Positions 22,843-32,767 of a DNA stretch of 64,000 nucleotides are shown here, piece by piece. The stretch is from an uncultured bacterium (GTDB lineage: Bacteria; Auribacterota; Erginobacteria; Erginobacterales; Erginobacteraceae), in assembly GCA_963822585.1 (NCBI GenBank), contig CAWGIE010000026.1, forward strand, positions 288,001-352,000, read 5' to 3'. The translations under genes and the position numbers were made by a program. Position 1 is the first letter of the stretch, and every line of letters starts with the position of its first letter. A model generated the notes under the pieces. That model made no database searches. It had not been told where the DNA came from and was given only the letters and a program-made list of their open reading frames with translations.

Positions 22843-24227
22843 TTTTCGCTTATTCAATCCCCACGATCATGGGGATCATCCTGCTCAGTGGGCTGGAGCG
22901 CGGGCGGGACAAATGGGGCGGGGGAGAGAAGATAGCGTTAGGGTTTGTCCTGGGGAGCGGTATTATCGGTTTTTACCTGTTTTATCTGGCCGTCCTGAAA
23001 ATTCCGTTCAGTTTCTGGACGATCTTCCCGCTTTTCCTGATATTTCTTTTTTGGGGATTCATTCTGGTCAAGAAGCGGGGGTTTAACAAGCTAATACATT
23101 TCTCTTCTCCGATTTTATTTTCCCGCGAGAAAAGGGGCGGAAAAGCCATCGTGGCCGGATTAGGCGTCCTTCTGCTCTGCAAACTGCTACTGATCGTTTA
23201 TAATGTTATCGTTAGCCCGACATACTTTGACGACAGTGTCTCCAATTATAACTACAAGCCGAAGGTTTTTTACCAGCATCGTTCCGTTGTATTCAACAGC
23301 GATGACCCGGATTATTTAGGCGGCTATCGTCCCGCCTACCCCGAGGGAATACCGTTATTCAAAACCTGGGTTACTATCTGCCTGGGCCACTGGGAAGAAT
23401 ACGCGGTGAACCTTTATACCGCGTTTATCTTTATAGCTCTGGGGATAATCGCTTATTTCAACCTGGTCAGATTCCTCTCTCGTCTGACCGGTTTTATATT
23501 CACTTACGTACTATTGAGCGTGCCGTTGCTGACTTTTCACGCGGGATACGCCTATATAGATATTGTCGCCGGGTTATACCTTTTTTCCGGAATAGCATAT
23601 CTGGTCCGATGGATCAGAGAGGATGACCGCCAGTCCTTATTTTTATCCGCGCTTTTATTCGGGGTGGGATTATCCGTCAAGGATGAGATGATGGTTCTTT
23701 TTATCTGCGCCCCGTTACCGGCCTTGATCGCATATCAGCTTTTATCCCGCGTCAGGATGATAAATATTATTAAAACCACATCGCTGTATCTGGGGGTTGT
23801 CCTGATTTTTAATATCCCCTGGTTTCTGATTAAACTGATATACCGGCTTCAGATGGGCCCGCGGCCTGACCAGAGAGTATTTGAATATCATCCCGAGGCT
23901 TTTAAAATTCTGGCGTCAAACTTATTCAGCACCGGAAATTATACTATTATCTGGCCGGTATTTTTCTGTTCTTTATTATTCTCCTGGTACTGGCTCTTCA
24001 AAACCGAATTAAAATATGTTCTGATTGCCATTGCCGGCGCCCTTTTTATTACCTTGTACTTGTTTATCTTCACCCCCTTTTTCGAATTTTTACAGATCGG
24101 GACGACGATAAATCGCGCGTTGCTCATCATTTTACCGGTCGTCATCTTTTATCTGGCACTTTTTTACGGGAAAGTGACGGGCGGCGCCCCCACATCCGAT
24201 AAAACAAGGAGACCTTCATGCACGTAG
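22818..24227 (+). CDS. Polytopic membrane protein, GT-C (PMT/ArnT-like)
   Basis: More than 10 transmembrane segments; DDSVSNY..K, YRPAYP, GYAYID, KDE motifs. Confidence 0.65.
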   Translation: MVLNTLKIIFAYSIPTIMGIILLSGLERGRDKWGGGEKIALGFVLGSGIIGFYLFYLAVLKIPFSFWTIFPLFLIFLFWGFILVKKRGFNKLIHFSSPILFSREKRGGKAIVAGLGVLLLCKLLLIVYNVIVSPTYFDDSVSNYNYKPKVFYQHRSVVFNSDDPDYLGGYRPAYPEGIPLFKTWVTICLGHWEEYAVNLYTAFIFIALGIIAYFNLVRFLSRLTGFIFTYVLLSVPLLTFHAGYAYIDIVAGLYLFSGIAYLVRWIREDDRQSLFLSALLFGVGLSVKDEMMVLFICAPLPALIAYQLLSRVRMINIIKTTSLYLGVVLIFNIPWFLIKLIYRLQMGPRPDQRVFEYHPEAFKILASNLFSTGNYTIIWPVFFCSLLFSWYWLFKTELKYVLIAIAGALFITLYLFIFTPFFEFLQIGTTINRALLIILPVVIFYLALFYGKVTGGAPTSDKTRRPSCT

Positions 24228-25159
24228 CGGTTCTCATCCCCTGTTTCAATGAAGAGAAGACTATCGAAAAAGTTATCGCCGATTTCCGGCGGGAATTGCC
24301 CGGGGCCGTTATCTATGTCGGGGATAATGCCTGCACCGACAATACCGCCCGGCTCGCCGTCGCCGCCGGGGCCACGGTTATCGCCGAGCAGCGTCGGGGT
24401 AAGGGTCACATGGTCCACCAGATGCTCAAGGGGGTGGACGCCGATGTTTATGTCATGGTTGACGGAGACGATACCTACCGGGCCGAGGATGCCTCATCCC
24501 TCCTCGATCCGGTTTTGTCCGGGAAGTGCGATATGAGCATCGGAAACCGGATGAGCAACTACCATTCCGGGTCCTTCGGCCGGTTTCACCTCTTCGGGAA
24601 CCGTCTCATTCGCCTGCTGACCTACCGGCTTCACCGGGTCGACATCCCCGACATGCTCTCCGGCTACCGGGCTTTCAGCCGCCGGACGGCAAGAGAACTC
24701 AACCTGATCATGGGTGGGTTCGAGATCGAGACCGAGATCAATATTAAGTGCGTCCGGAACGGATCACGCCTGCTCTCGGTTGATGTGGGCTACGGCATCC
24801 GCCCGGTAGGGAGTACCTCTAAAATTCAAACTATACAGGACGGCTATCGAATTCTTCTCACCATATTCATGCTTCTCCGTGAACATCAGCCGATGACGCT
24901 GGGAGGGATTATTTTTCTGGGGGCCAACCTCCTTGCTCTGATCGCGGTAGTCGTCGGGATCGGAAGGGGCAACCCCTGGCTTTTCGGGCTGGGATTGCTG
25001 GCTTCCTTGACCGGTTCCATCGCCCTCGCCTGTGGTATAACCCTTCATGCCGTTAATATCACCCATCGAGAGACCGAAGAACAGATAAGGAGCGCCCGGG
25101 ACCACCTCCTCCAACAAACCCCCGGGACGAACACGGGGCCTGAAAGTGAAAACCGGTAA
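24218..25159 (+). CDS. GT2 polyprenol-phosphate sugar synthase (DPM1-like)
   Basis: VLIPCFNEE, GKG, MVDGDDTY, DMLSGYRAF, GFEIETE; C-terminal transmembrane pair. Confidence 0.9.
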   Translation: MHVAVLIPCFNEEKTIEKVIADFRRELPGAVIYVGDNACTDNTARLAVAAGATVIAEQRRGKGHMVHQMLKGVDADVYVMVDGDDTYRAEDASSLLDPVLSGKCDMSIGNRMSNYHSGSFGRFHLFGNRLIRLLTYRLHRVDIPDMLSGYRAFSRRTARELNLIMGGFEIETEINIKCVRNGSRLLSVDVGYGIRPVGSTSKIQTIQDGYRILLTIFMLLREHQPMTLGGIIFLGANLLALIAVVVGIGRGNPWLFGLGLLASLTGSIALACGITLHAVNITHRETEEQIRSARDHLLQQTPGTNTGPESENR

Positions 25160-26146
25160 AGCAGCTTTAATGGTCGCCACCTATAACGGGGAGAAGGTAA
25201 TCGCCAAATGCGTCGCTTCGCTCCTGGCTACGGACTATCCCGACAAAGAAGTGATCGTGGTTGACGATGGCTCCAGCGACCGCACCGCGGAAATACTGCG
25301 GGGTTTCGGGGATCGCGTCACGGTGCTGCAGGGGCATCGAAGCGGAGTCGCCCGGTGCCGGAACCTGGTGATGGAACATACCGATGCCGAGTTCCTCGCC
25401 ACCACCGATGATGACTGCGAGGCCATGCCCGAATGGATCGGGCGGGCTCTCGGCGCCTTTGCCGACCCGACTGTCGGTGCCGTCACCGGAGAGAAGATCT
25501 ACCGGATCACCAACCTGATCTCGGCCGTCCGCTCTCGGGAATACTGGGTCCGGTATCGTAACCGGGGGCGGGAAGCCAAATCGGTCGAGTGCCCGGTCAC
25601 CGTCTTCCGGGTAAAGGCGATGCGAAGGGTAGGGGGCTTTTCCGTCTGGACCAAGGTGGGGGGGAGGACACCGATATCGGCTACAAACTCCGGGAGGGCG
25701 GCTGGCGAATTATCTTCGAGCCGGGGATGGTCGTTTATCATGATCCGGAAGATAGACTGAGACTCTACATCTCCCGCAACTACCGGAACGCCCGCGCGTA
25801 TGTCCGGGTATTCTCCACCAGGAAAAGCGAACACAGCCTTAACGACGATTTCTTCCCCTGGTATGTCCAGTTTCAACCATTCTTTACCCTGGCTTTCTGG
25901 ATTTTCCTGCTGGCCGGTTTTTTTCTCCCCTGGTGCTTGCCGGCCGCGGCGGTTCTTTTTCTCTTCATCAACCTGAGTATCCTCAATATAACCAGGCAAG
26001 TCTTTGCGTCACAGGGCAGATCGTTAAAAACGCTGCTGCTCTCCAACGGCATTCTTATTCTTCGCAATACGGTCTGGATGGCCGGGTTCTTCGCGGGGCT
26101 TAAAAATATTGCCATCGGCAAGACTGAGGAGGGGGCGCGGAAGTGA
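25146..26146 (+). CDS. Glycosyltransferase family 2 (frameshift in a G7 run at 25658-25664)
   Basis: VDDGSSD, TDDDC; one extra G restores VGGEDTDIGYKL and the C-terminal transmembrane helices. Confidence 0.8.
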
Positions 26147-27570
26147 TCCTTTTTCTCAATGCTCCCGGTGTCGCGTTCCATCAGAGATCGAGCCGCTGGG
26201 GAGGGAAGGTTAACCGTTCCGGCTATCTGGTCCCGCCTATTTTTCTGGCCGTCGCCGCCGCCCATCTGCGGGCGCACGGCCTGGATGTCCGGATCATCGA
26301 CGCCGCCGCGTTAGGCTGGGACGAGGCGACTCTCAACCGGCGGCTGGCTGATCTCAAGCCCGAGCTGGTGATAATTGAGGCTTCCACTATCAGCGTCCGG
26401 CAGGACGCGGAAACGGCCCGCCGCATCCGTGAACGGCACGGCGCCCGGGTCGCCCTGGTCGGCCTGCACGTCAGCGCGTTGCCGGAAGAATCGCTGCGCG
26501 ACTTCCCGGTCGATTATATTTGCGTCGGGGAGTATGAAAACACCCTTCTCGAGCTGGCCCGCGCCCTCAAGGACGGGGGCCCCCTGGAGGCCATTGCCGG
26601 CCTGGGCTGGCGGGATGAATCCGGCCGGCCCCGGATAAACCAGGCCCGGCCGCTCGCCGATATCAATAACTTTCCGATGCCGCTCTATTCCCAGCTCCCC
26701 CTGAACAGATATTGGGATCCGATCGCCCGCAACCATCCCTGCATCTCGATCAGGACCATACGCGGCTGTCCTTATCATTGTTCCTATTGCGTCGCGCCGC
26801 AGGTAATGTACGCTGGGAAGGTCCGCTACCGGCGACCCGCCCTGGTGGTTGAGGAAATAAAAACCCTGATCGGGATGGGGGTGAAGGAGATCTTCATCGA
26901 TGACGAGACTTTCACCTTGAAACCCGGGCACGTCATTGAAATCTGCGAACTGTTATTGGAGTCGGGGATTCGGGTGGACTGGAGCTGTTTCGGGCGGGTG
27001 GACACCGTTGACCGGGGACTGTTGGAAAAGATGAAATCCGCCGGGTGTTACATGATCCGGTACGGGGTGGAAAGCGCCGATGAGACAATTTTGAAAAATA
27101 TCGGCAAGGGGTTTACTCCCGAACAAACCGAACGGGCCTTCCGGATTACCCATTCTCTGGGACTGAAAACACATGCCACCGTGATGTATGGTTCTCCCGG
27201 TGAAACGGCTGAGAGTATGCGGAAGACACTGGAATTCACGATCCGCCTCGACCCCGATTACGCTCAGTTCACTATTACCACCCCCTATCCCGGAACCAGG
27301 TATTACCGGGAGATGGTGGAATCGGGGAGAATGCTGAGCCGGAAGTGGGAAGATTATGATGGCTCCTGCCGGATGATCGTCCGGCTCGACTCTTTGCCGC
27401 CCGCTCAGGTCGAGTCTTTCGTGGAGTATTCTTATCGGCGTTTCTATCTGCGTCCGAGGTATTTTATCAAGAGACTGGGCGGGATCCGGCGCCGGGGGGA
27501 AGCGCGGTATCTTCTTCGTTCCGGCGGCAACTTTCTGCGACGCAGTCTTCTGGGAAAGGACGGAAGATGA
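26143..27570 (+). CDS. B12-binding radical SAM protein (HpnJ-like class)
   Basis: VGLHVSALPEE, RGCPYHCSYC, DDETFT, YGVES, PYPGT. Confidence 0.9.
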   Translation: MILFLNAPGVAFHQRSSRWGGKVNRSGYLVPPIFLAVAAAHLRAHGLDVRIIDAAALGWDEATLNRRLADLKPELVIIEASTISVRQDAETARRIRERHGARVALVGLHVSALPEESLRDFPVDYICVGEYENTLLELARALKDGGPLEAIAGLGWRDESGRPRINQARPLADINNFPMPLYSQLPLNRYWDPIARNHPCISIRTIRGCPYHCSYCVAPQVMYAGKVRYRRPALVVEEIKTLIGMGVKEIFIDDETFTLKPGHVIEICELLLESGIRVDWSCFGRVDTVDRGLLEKMKSAGCYMIRYGVESADETILKNIGKGFTPEQTERAFRITHSLGLKTHATVMYGSPGETAESMRKTLEFTIRLDPDYAQFTITTPYPGTRYYREMVESGRMLSRKWEDYDGSCRMIVRLDSLPPAQVESFVEYSYRRFYLRPRYFIKRLGGIRRRGEARYLLRSGGNFLRRSLLGKDGR

Positions 27571-29222
27571 GGAGCATCCGCCCCGTCACCGCCGCTGTCA
27601 TTATTCTCGCCTTCCTTACGCTGGTTTTCGACTATTTTTATCTGATTCGAGATGAGGCCCCTTTCAGTTGGGACGAAGCCCATCACTCCATCTTCAGCCT
27701 GCTTATCGCCCGCAGTCTGGCCTCCGGCGACATAAGCGCTTTCTGGAGGCATACTCACTCCCAGGTTTATTGGCCGTTTTTTCACTCCTGGGTTTCTGCC
27801 CCTTTCTTGCTGGTCGGCGGCTACAATTACGCCGCCGCCCGCATGGCCACTGCTTTCTTCGGAGCCGCTTCCATCTTCCTGATCTATATTCTCGGTCGAA
27901 AATTCTTCGGGAGCGCGGCGGGCGCTCTGGCCGCGCTGCTGCTGGCGCTCTCTCCGATGTATCATGTCCTTTCTTCGACCGCGATGATCGAGAACGTAGG
28001 TCTTTTTCTAACCCTGATCCTGTTCCTGCTTTTCAGTCGCGTCTGGGAAGGGCAGGGGAAGGGAGCGGCGATCGGGGCGGGCGCCCTGCTGGCGGTGCTT
28101 TACCTGACCAAGTATATTTACGGGGCGTTCTTCGGCGCCGCGCTGGTCTGCTTTCTGCTGAGTCTGCTGGTTTACAAAGCCGAGGGGATCGATCGGGCCC
28201 GTGCTTTTCGCTCTTTGCCCTGGGTGGCGGCCGGTTTCCTCCTGGTCTGCGGGCCCTGGGTTCTCATCCCTCCCACCGCCGCCAAACTGAAAATGTTCTT
28301 TTTCCGCGTCGGCGACACGGGAGCATGGAATCCTTTCGGCTATTCCCGCCTTGACAACCGGCTGTTCTTTATCCGCGCCCTTTATTACGCTTACGGTTTT
28401 TCAATCGCCACGTATTTGATCTATATCGGCGGTATCGTTTTCGGGTTTGTTCGCCTGCGGGAGGCGCGAGCGCGATTTCTCTTCTTTTTCTTCCTGGTTA
28501 ATTTTGTCCCGATGTCACTGATCGTCAACAGCCAGGAACGGTTTGCTTACCTTGGATTCCCCCCTCTGCTCATCCTCTCCGCCGCCGCCCTGGTCCGCGT
28601 CTGGCAAAGACTGAATAAAGGATTTAAATGGGCCCTGGCCGCGATTTTAGCCTTGTTGATGCTCGGGGACGTCCCTAAACTGCCCGCTCTCTATCGCCAG
28701 ACCGCTAACGCCGTTCTTTCATTTAATCTGCATCGCCAGGAACTTCGTTTTGACTATTCGACCTTTTTCGGCCTGGCTTCCGCCCCCCGTTTTATCCGGT
28801 ATCCGAAGGAATATTTCAATCCGGCGGCGGCAACAACCATGCCGGAAGATACGGGGGCGGTAATCCGCTACGTAAAATCGGTTACCGATCCCCGCTATCC
28901 CCTCTGCGTTTCAGCCTGGCTGGGCACTCTGCCGCCTCACCTGTGGCAGTGGGAATATTATTTGGCCGGGCGCCCGGTGATTACCACCTGGGACCCGAAC
29001 GCCGTCTACTTCCTCCGATTCGATGTGGAGGAAACTTCTCCCTATAATCGGCTCGGCAACCGGCATTTGATAAAGGGAATCCGAACCCAGGCCGCCGTCC
29101 TCGATCGGCTCCAGAAGGATGGCCTGGTCCGTAAAACGGCGGAGCGCCGATTTCCCGGCACCGGTCTTTCCGCCCAAATCCTGGTTCGGACCGCGCCAAC
29201 GGACCAACCCGGCTGGCGGTAG
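27567..29222 (+). CDS. GT-C glycosyltransferase (ArnT/PMT family)
   Basis: WDEAHH, YWPFFHS, MIEN, LTKY, QERF; polytopic membrane protein. Confidence 0.8.
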   Translation: MRSIRPVTAAVIILAFLTLVFDYFYLIRDEAPFSWDEAHHSIFSLLIARSLASGDISAFWRHTHSQVYWPFFHSWVSAPFLLVGGYNYAAARMATAFFGAASIFLIYILGRKFFGSAAGALAALLLALSPMYHVLSSTAMIENVGLFLTLILFLLFSRVWEGQGKGAAIGAGALLAVLYLTKYIYGAFFGAALVCFLLSLLVYKAEGIDRARAFRSLPWVAAGFLLVCGPWVLIPPTAAKLKMFFFRVGDTGAWNPFGYSRLDNRLFFIRALYYAYGFSIATYLIYIGGIVFGFVRLREARARFLFFFFLVNFVPMSLIVNSQERFAYLGFPPLLILSAAALVRVWQRLNKGFKWALAAILALLMLGDVPKLPALYRQTANAVLSFNLHRQELRFDYSTFFGLASAPRFIRYPKEYFNPAAATTMPEDTGAVIRYVKSVTDPRYPLCVSAWLGTLPPHLWQWEYYLAGRPVITTWDPNAVYFLRFDVEETSPYNRLGNRHLIKGIRTQAAVLDRLQKDGLVRKTAERRFPGTGLSAQILVRTAPTDQPGWR

Positions 29223-29516
29223 GGAGATCTGTGATTATTACCGATGGGGCGAAGATGAGCGCCGCCGTTTGCCGGATATCACCATATCCTTTCTTATGCA
29301 ATCAGCCGGCCGGCAACGGAATTTTTGCGAATGTACAGATGAAATAATATCGATGGTAAAAACGAGCTCCGGAGGTTACTATCACCGATTGCCGGTTAGG
29401 CATATACTCATTCCCGAGTGAATACACCGGATGGATACGCCTGGCCCTCGGCCCGCTGCTCCGGCGAGCCTTGAGAAAAATTATCAAAACCGTACTCGAT
29501 CGCGGGGAGGTAAATC

Positions 29517-30080
29517 ATGAAAAAATTTATGAAAAACTACACGGAACGGATCAAAGAATGTCTAGATCAGCTTCCTTTACCTGCCATGGAAAAAGCGGTT
29601 GATCTTCTGGAAAAGACGGTCCGGGAAGGGAGACAGATCTTTGCCTTCGGCAACGGCGCCTGCGCGGCGGCATCATCGCATTTCGTCTGCGATCTTGTTA
29701 AAGGCTGCATCGTAGAAGGGGCCCCTCGCGTGAAGGCGTTCTGCCTCAACGACTGCACCCCCCTGATGACCGCCTGGTCGAACGACGAGAGCTATGAGAG
29801 CGTCTTCGTGGAGCCTCTCCGGAATTATCTTAATCCGGGTGACATGGTAATGGCTCTCAGCGCGAGCGGAAACTCGCCTAATGTCCTCCGGGCCGTCGAA
29901 TACGCCAACAGCATCGGCTCGGTCACCGTCGGCCTGGCGGGGAAGGGGGGAGGGAAGTTAGCGGATCTCGCCGCCATTCCGATCGTGGTTAAAAGTCCTT
30001 CCTACGAAGAGGTGGAGGATCTCCACGTCGTCATCACCCACATGCTGAAGCTGGCCCTGATCAAACGGCTGAAAGGCTGA
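29517..30080 (+). CDS. SIS-domain phosphosugar isomerase (GmhA-like)
   Basis: FGNG, TAWSND, LSASGNSPNV, GKGGG, EDLH; GGAGG SD. Confidence 0.85.
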   Translation: MKKFMKNYTERIKECLDQLPLPAMEKAVDLLEKTVREGRQIFAFGNGACAAASSHFVCDLVKGCIVEGAPRVKAFCLNDCTPLMTAWSNDESYESVFVEPLRNYLNPGDMVMALSASGNSPNVLRAVEYANSIGSVTVGLAGKGGGKLADLAAIPIVVKSPSYEEVEDLHVVITHMLKLALIKRLKG

Positions 30081-30366
30081 ACCATCCCGAGGGACGCCGA
30101 TTATCTCGGCTTCGGAGCCTCCGAGGGCCCGGATATTCCGGACATCGTCGGGCTTGTGGGCGCTGAAGGAGGTTACCCGGGTATACTTCAGGACCGGCGG
30201 CGATCAGCCGGTCACCCGCTAAAGTACGGTATTCCATCTGCAAGCATCCGGACGGGGGGGAGGGGGCAGATCTCCGAAGTGGCGGCGGGGCTATTTTTCT
30301 TGTCACTGCCGACCTGTATTCTCCATAATCATTCGCCTGTTTTATCCTATTCCAGGCAGCAACTGC

Positions 30367-30420
30367 ATCAAGGGATTAAACATTTTTTGACGATCGGTAG
30401 AAAATGTTTAATCCCTTGAT
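30367..30420. repeat. 54-bp palindrome downstream of the PaaX-like gene
   Basis: ATCAAGGGATTAAACATTTT-TTGACGATCGGTAG-AAAATGTTTAATCCCTTGAT, with perfect 20-bp arms. Confidence 0.9.
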
Positions 30421-30453
30421 CAGATCCTTCGGGGAAAAACATATCTTCTGGAA

Positions 30454-31221
30454 TTATTCCGGCGAGTATTTTTTCTGCCAGTTTTCAACCAGCTTCCGAG
30501 CGGCGGTCCCGCCCCAATCGGCAGGCAACAGTTCCAGCGGAAGATGGGGGTCGAGCGCGGCGATTGACTGATAATCCCAGGTTAGATGACTCAGGCATCT
30601 TCGAAGTAAGGCAGCATCAAAATCAGCGGATTTTTTTGCGCTTTTCTCCAGTTTGCCTAATCTCACGGTCCAGTCCCGGCTAAATTTTATGTATTGATCA
30701 TGCAGTCTCTGAAGATCCCAGAACGATGACGCGATCATGTCTCCGGGGAGTCCTTCGAAAATATCCACCAGGAGCTGAAAAACAAAGTCCGACAGCTGTA
30801 TCTTTCTGAGATACCGCCGGATCTCACTGCTGTGGTCATAGGGGGAGATCCATACGCTTCTTTGGACCTTACCGAAGCCCATTGCTTTCAAGTATGCCCT
30901 GAGATGCTGCCGCAGTTCGGCTTGGCGCTCCGGGATATCGAAAATAACCAGCCTCCATTTTCGATCCCAGGATGGACGTTGTTTGTTAGCATCCGTGCGG
31001 TGTTTTTCCAGAACAGCCTTCCCGAGGCTGGTTAACTTGAGTTGCTTTCTCCCCTTCCGCGTAATTTTCTTGATCAGTCCTTTCTGTTCCAATCGGGTTA
31101 CCGTTGTATACAGACTTCCCGGAGAATAACGAGCAGAATGACCCAGATAAGTCCAGGGATTGAGCAGGAAATAAAATCCCTCCTCCAGAAGCAACAGGAT
31201 CTCTTCTTTAAGCGTAGGCAT
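30454..31221 (-). CDS. PaaX-family regulator (wHTH + Cas2-like middle domain + PaaX C-terminal domain)
   Basis: SLYTTVTRLEQKGLI..LTSLG wHTH; WDRKWRLVIFDIPE..LR..LKAMGFGKVQRSVWISP; DPHLPLELLPADW. Start taken at MPTLKEE. Confidence 0.85.
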   Translation of the reverse strand: MPTLKEEILLLLEEGFYFLLNPWTYLGHSARYSPGSLYTTVTRLEQKGLIKKITRKGRKQLKLTSLGKAVLEKHRTDANKQRPSWDRKWRLVIFDIPERQAELRQHLRAYLKAMGFGKVQRSVWISPYDHSSEIRRYLRKIQLSDFVFQLLVDIFEGLPGDMIASSFWDLQRLHDQYIKFSRDWTVRLGKLEKSAKKSADFDAALLRRCLSHLTWDYQSIAALDPHLPLELLPADWGGTAARKLVENWQKKYSPE

Positions 31222-31244
31222 GGGGTCTTTCAGAAACAATGAAC

Positions 31245-31290
31245 AACTATTAAACATTTTCTGCCGATCGGTAGAAAATGTTTAATAGTT
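31245..31290. promoter_or_regulatory. 46-bp palindrome upstream of the PaaX-like gene (candidate operator)
   Basis: AACTATTAAACATTTTCTGCCGATCGGTAGAAAATGTTTAATAGTT, one mismatch; lies in the divergent paaX-like/hisD gap. Confidence 0.7.
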
Positions 31291-31383
31291 TATGCTGGAA
31301 AAGTCAATTTTAATGTTGTTCGAGGGAATTGCCCGGGTAATTAATTGTTGTTGATTGGGTTACATTGAGCTATTTTACACTGC

Positions 31384-32688
31384 ATGAGAGTCATCGATTA
31401 TAATCAGAAGAACTGGCTGCGGCTGGAGAAAAGGCTGCGAGGGGAAACCTTCCCCCCGGACAAGCTGGAATCGGTGAGGGCGATCGTGCAAGCGGTCAGC
31501 GCGCGGGGAGACGCCGCGGTAAGGGAATATACCCTCAGATTCGACGGGGTGAAACCGGCTTCCTTCCGTGTTTCCCCCTCCGCACTCCGTAGCGCCCGGA
31601 AAGTCGTCACCCCGGAATTGAAAAATGTCTTTCGCCGGGTGGAGAAAAACATCCGGGATTTCTGTTCATTGACCCGGGCAACGTCATGGCGGAAGGAGCG
31701 GGGAGACGGCCTGATCTGGGGGGAGCGGATCACCCCCGTCGGAACCGCGGGCATCTACATCCCCGGAGGGAACGCCCCACTCGTTTCTTCCGTTTTCATG
31801 ACTGTGGTCCCGGCCCGGGTGGCCGGTGTCCCCCGAATTGTTCTGGCCACGCCGCCCCGAGGCGACGGGACGATCAACCCGTATATATTAGCCGCCGCCG
31901 ATTTCCTGGGAGTAACCGAGATCTATACCGTCGGCGGCGCCCAAGCGATCGCGGCGCTGGCCTTCGGCACCCGTTCGATTCCCCGGGTGGACAAAATAGC
32001 GGGACCGGGCAATCTCTACGTCACCCTGGCCAAGAAAGAGGTTTTCGGCCATGTCGGCATCGACAGCCTGGCCGGTCCCAGCGAAGTGGCCATCCTCGCG
32101 GACGGAACCGCGGATGCCCTCCCGATCGCGGCCGATCTCCTCGCCCAGGCGGAGCACGGGGTAGGGGGGATATCAATCCTGATCACGCCTTCAAACAGGC
32201 TGATCGAGAACGTGCGCCGGGAGGCGGCCGAAGTAACCGCCCGGACGCCCCGGGGTTCGATCCTCAGAGAGACACTGGAGACGAGTGTCTTCCTAATCCG
32301 GGTCAGGAGCCTGAAGGAAGGCATAGATTTGGTCAACCGGATCTCCCCTGAACACCTGGAGATCGTGACTAAAAAACCGGATGCAATCCTCGCGAAGATA
32401 ACCGGGGCCGGGGCTATTTTTCTCGGCGCGATGAGCCCCGTGGCGGCAGGAGATTATGCGGCCGGCCCCAACCACGTTCTCCCTACGGGGGGGAGCGCCC
32501 GATTTTCCTCCCCGCTCTCGGCGAACGACTTTATCAAGAAGAGCAGCGTGATCCGTTACAGCAGACAGTCGCTGAAGAATGACCTGGAAGCCCTGGAAGC
32601 GCTGGCGGGACTGGAAGGCCTTGATGCCCATGCTCTTTCCGCCCGGGTCCGACTTCAAAAAAGACACAACAGTACCGGCGCAGGCTGA
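31384..32688 (+). CDS. hisD: Histidinol dehydrogenase
   Basis: GIYIPGG, GGAQAIAALAFG, GPGNLYV, AGPSE, QAEH, GDYAAGPNHVLPT. Confidence 0.97.
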   Translation: MRVIDYNQKNWLRLEKRLRGETFPPDKLESVRAIVQAVSARGDAAVREYTLRFDGVKPASFRVSPSALRSARKVVTPELKNVFRRVEKNIRDFCSLTRATSWRKERGDGLIWGERITPVGTAGIYIPGGNAPLVSSVFMTVVPARVAGVPRIVLATPPRGDGTINPYILAAADFLGVTEIYTVGGAQAIAALAFGTRSIPRVDKIAGPGNLYVTLAKKEVFGHVGIDSLAGPSEVAILADGTADALPIAADLLAQAEHGVGGISILITPSNRLIENVRREAAEVTARTPRGSILRETLETSVFLIRVRSLKEGIDLVNRISPEHLEIVTKKPDAILAKITGAGAIFLGAMSPVAAGDYAAGPNHVLPTGGSARFSSPLSANDFIKKSSVIRYSRQSLKNDLEALEALAGLEGLDAHALSARVRLQKRHNSTGAG

Positions 32689-32767
32689 AGCCTGCCGTTA
32701 CCGGCATAAACGCCGAACCTGATTGCTGCACATACGCCGTGGAGCAATCAACAACAACTGACAAATA

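Noticed and set aside
29223..29516. Riboswitch or ncRNA upstream of the SIS gene
   Set aside because: Only one modest inverted repeat (ccgtttgccgg/ccggcaacgg) is present, with no recognisable family signature.
30454..31221. CRISPR-Cas locus based on the Cas2-like motif, together with the Cas4-like gene at 56887
   Set aside because: The protein has full PaaX architecture, there is no cas1 or repeat-spacer array, and the two genes are 25 kb apart.
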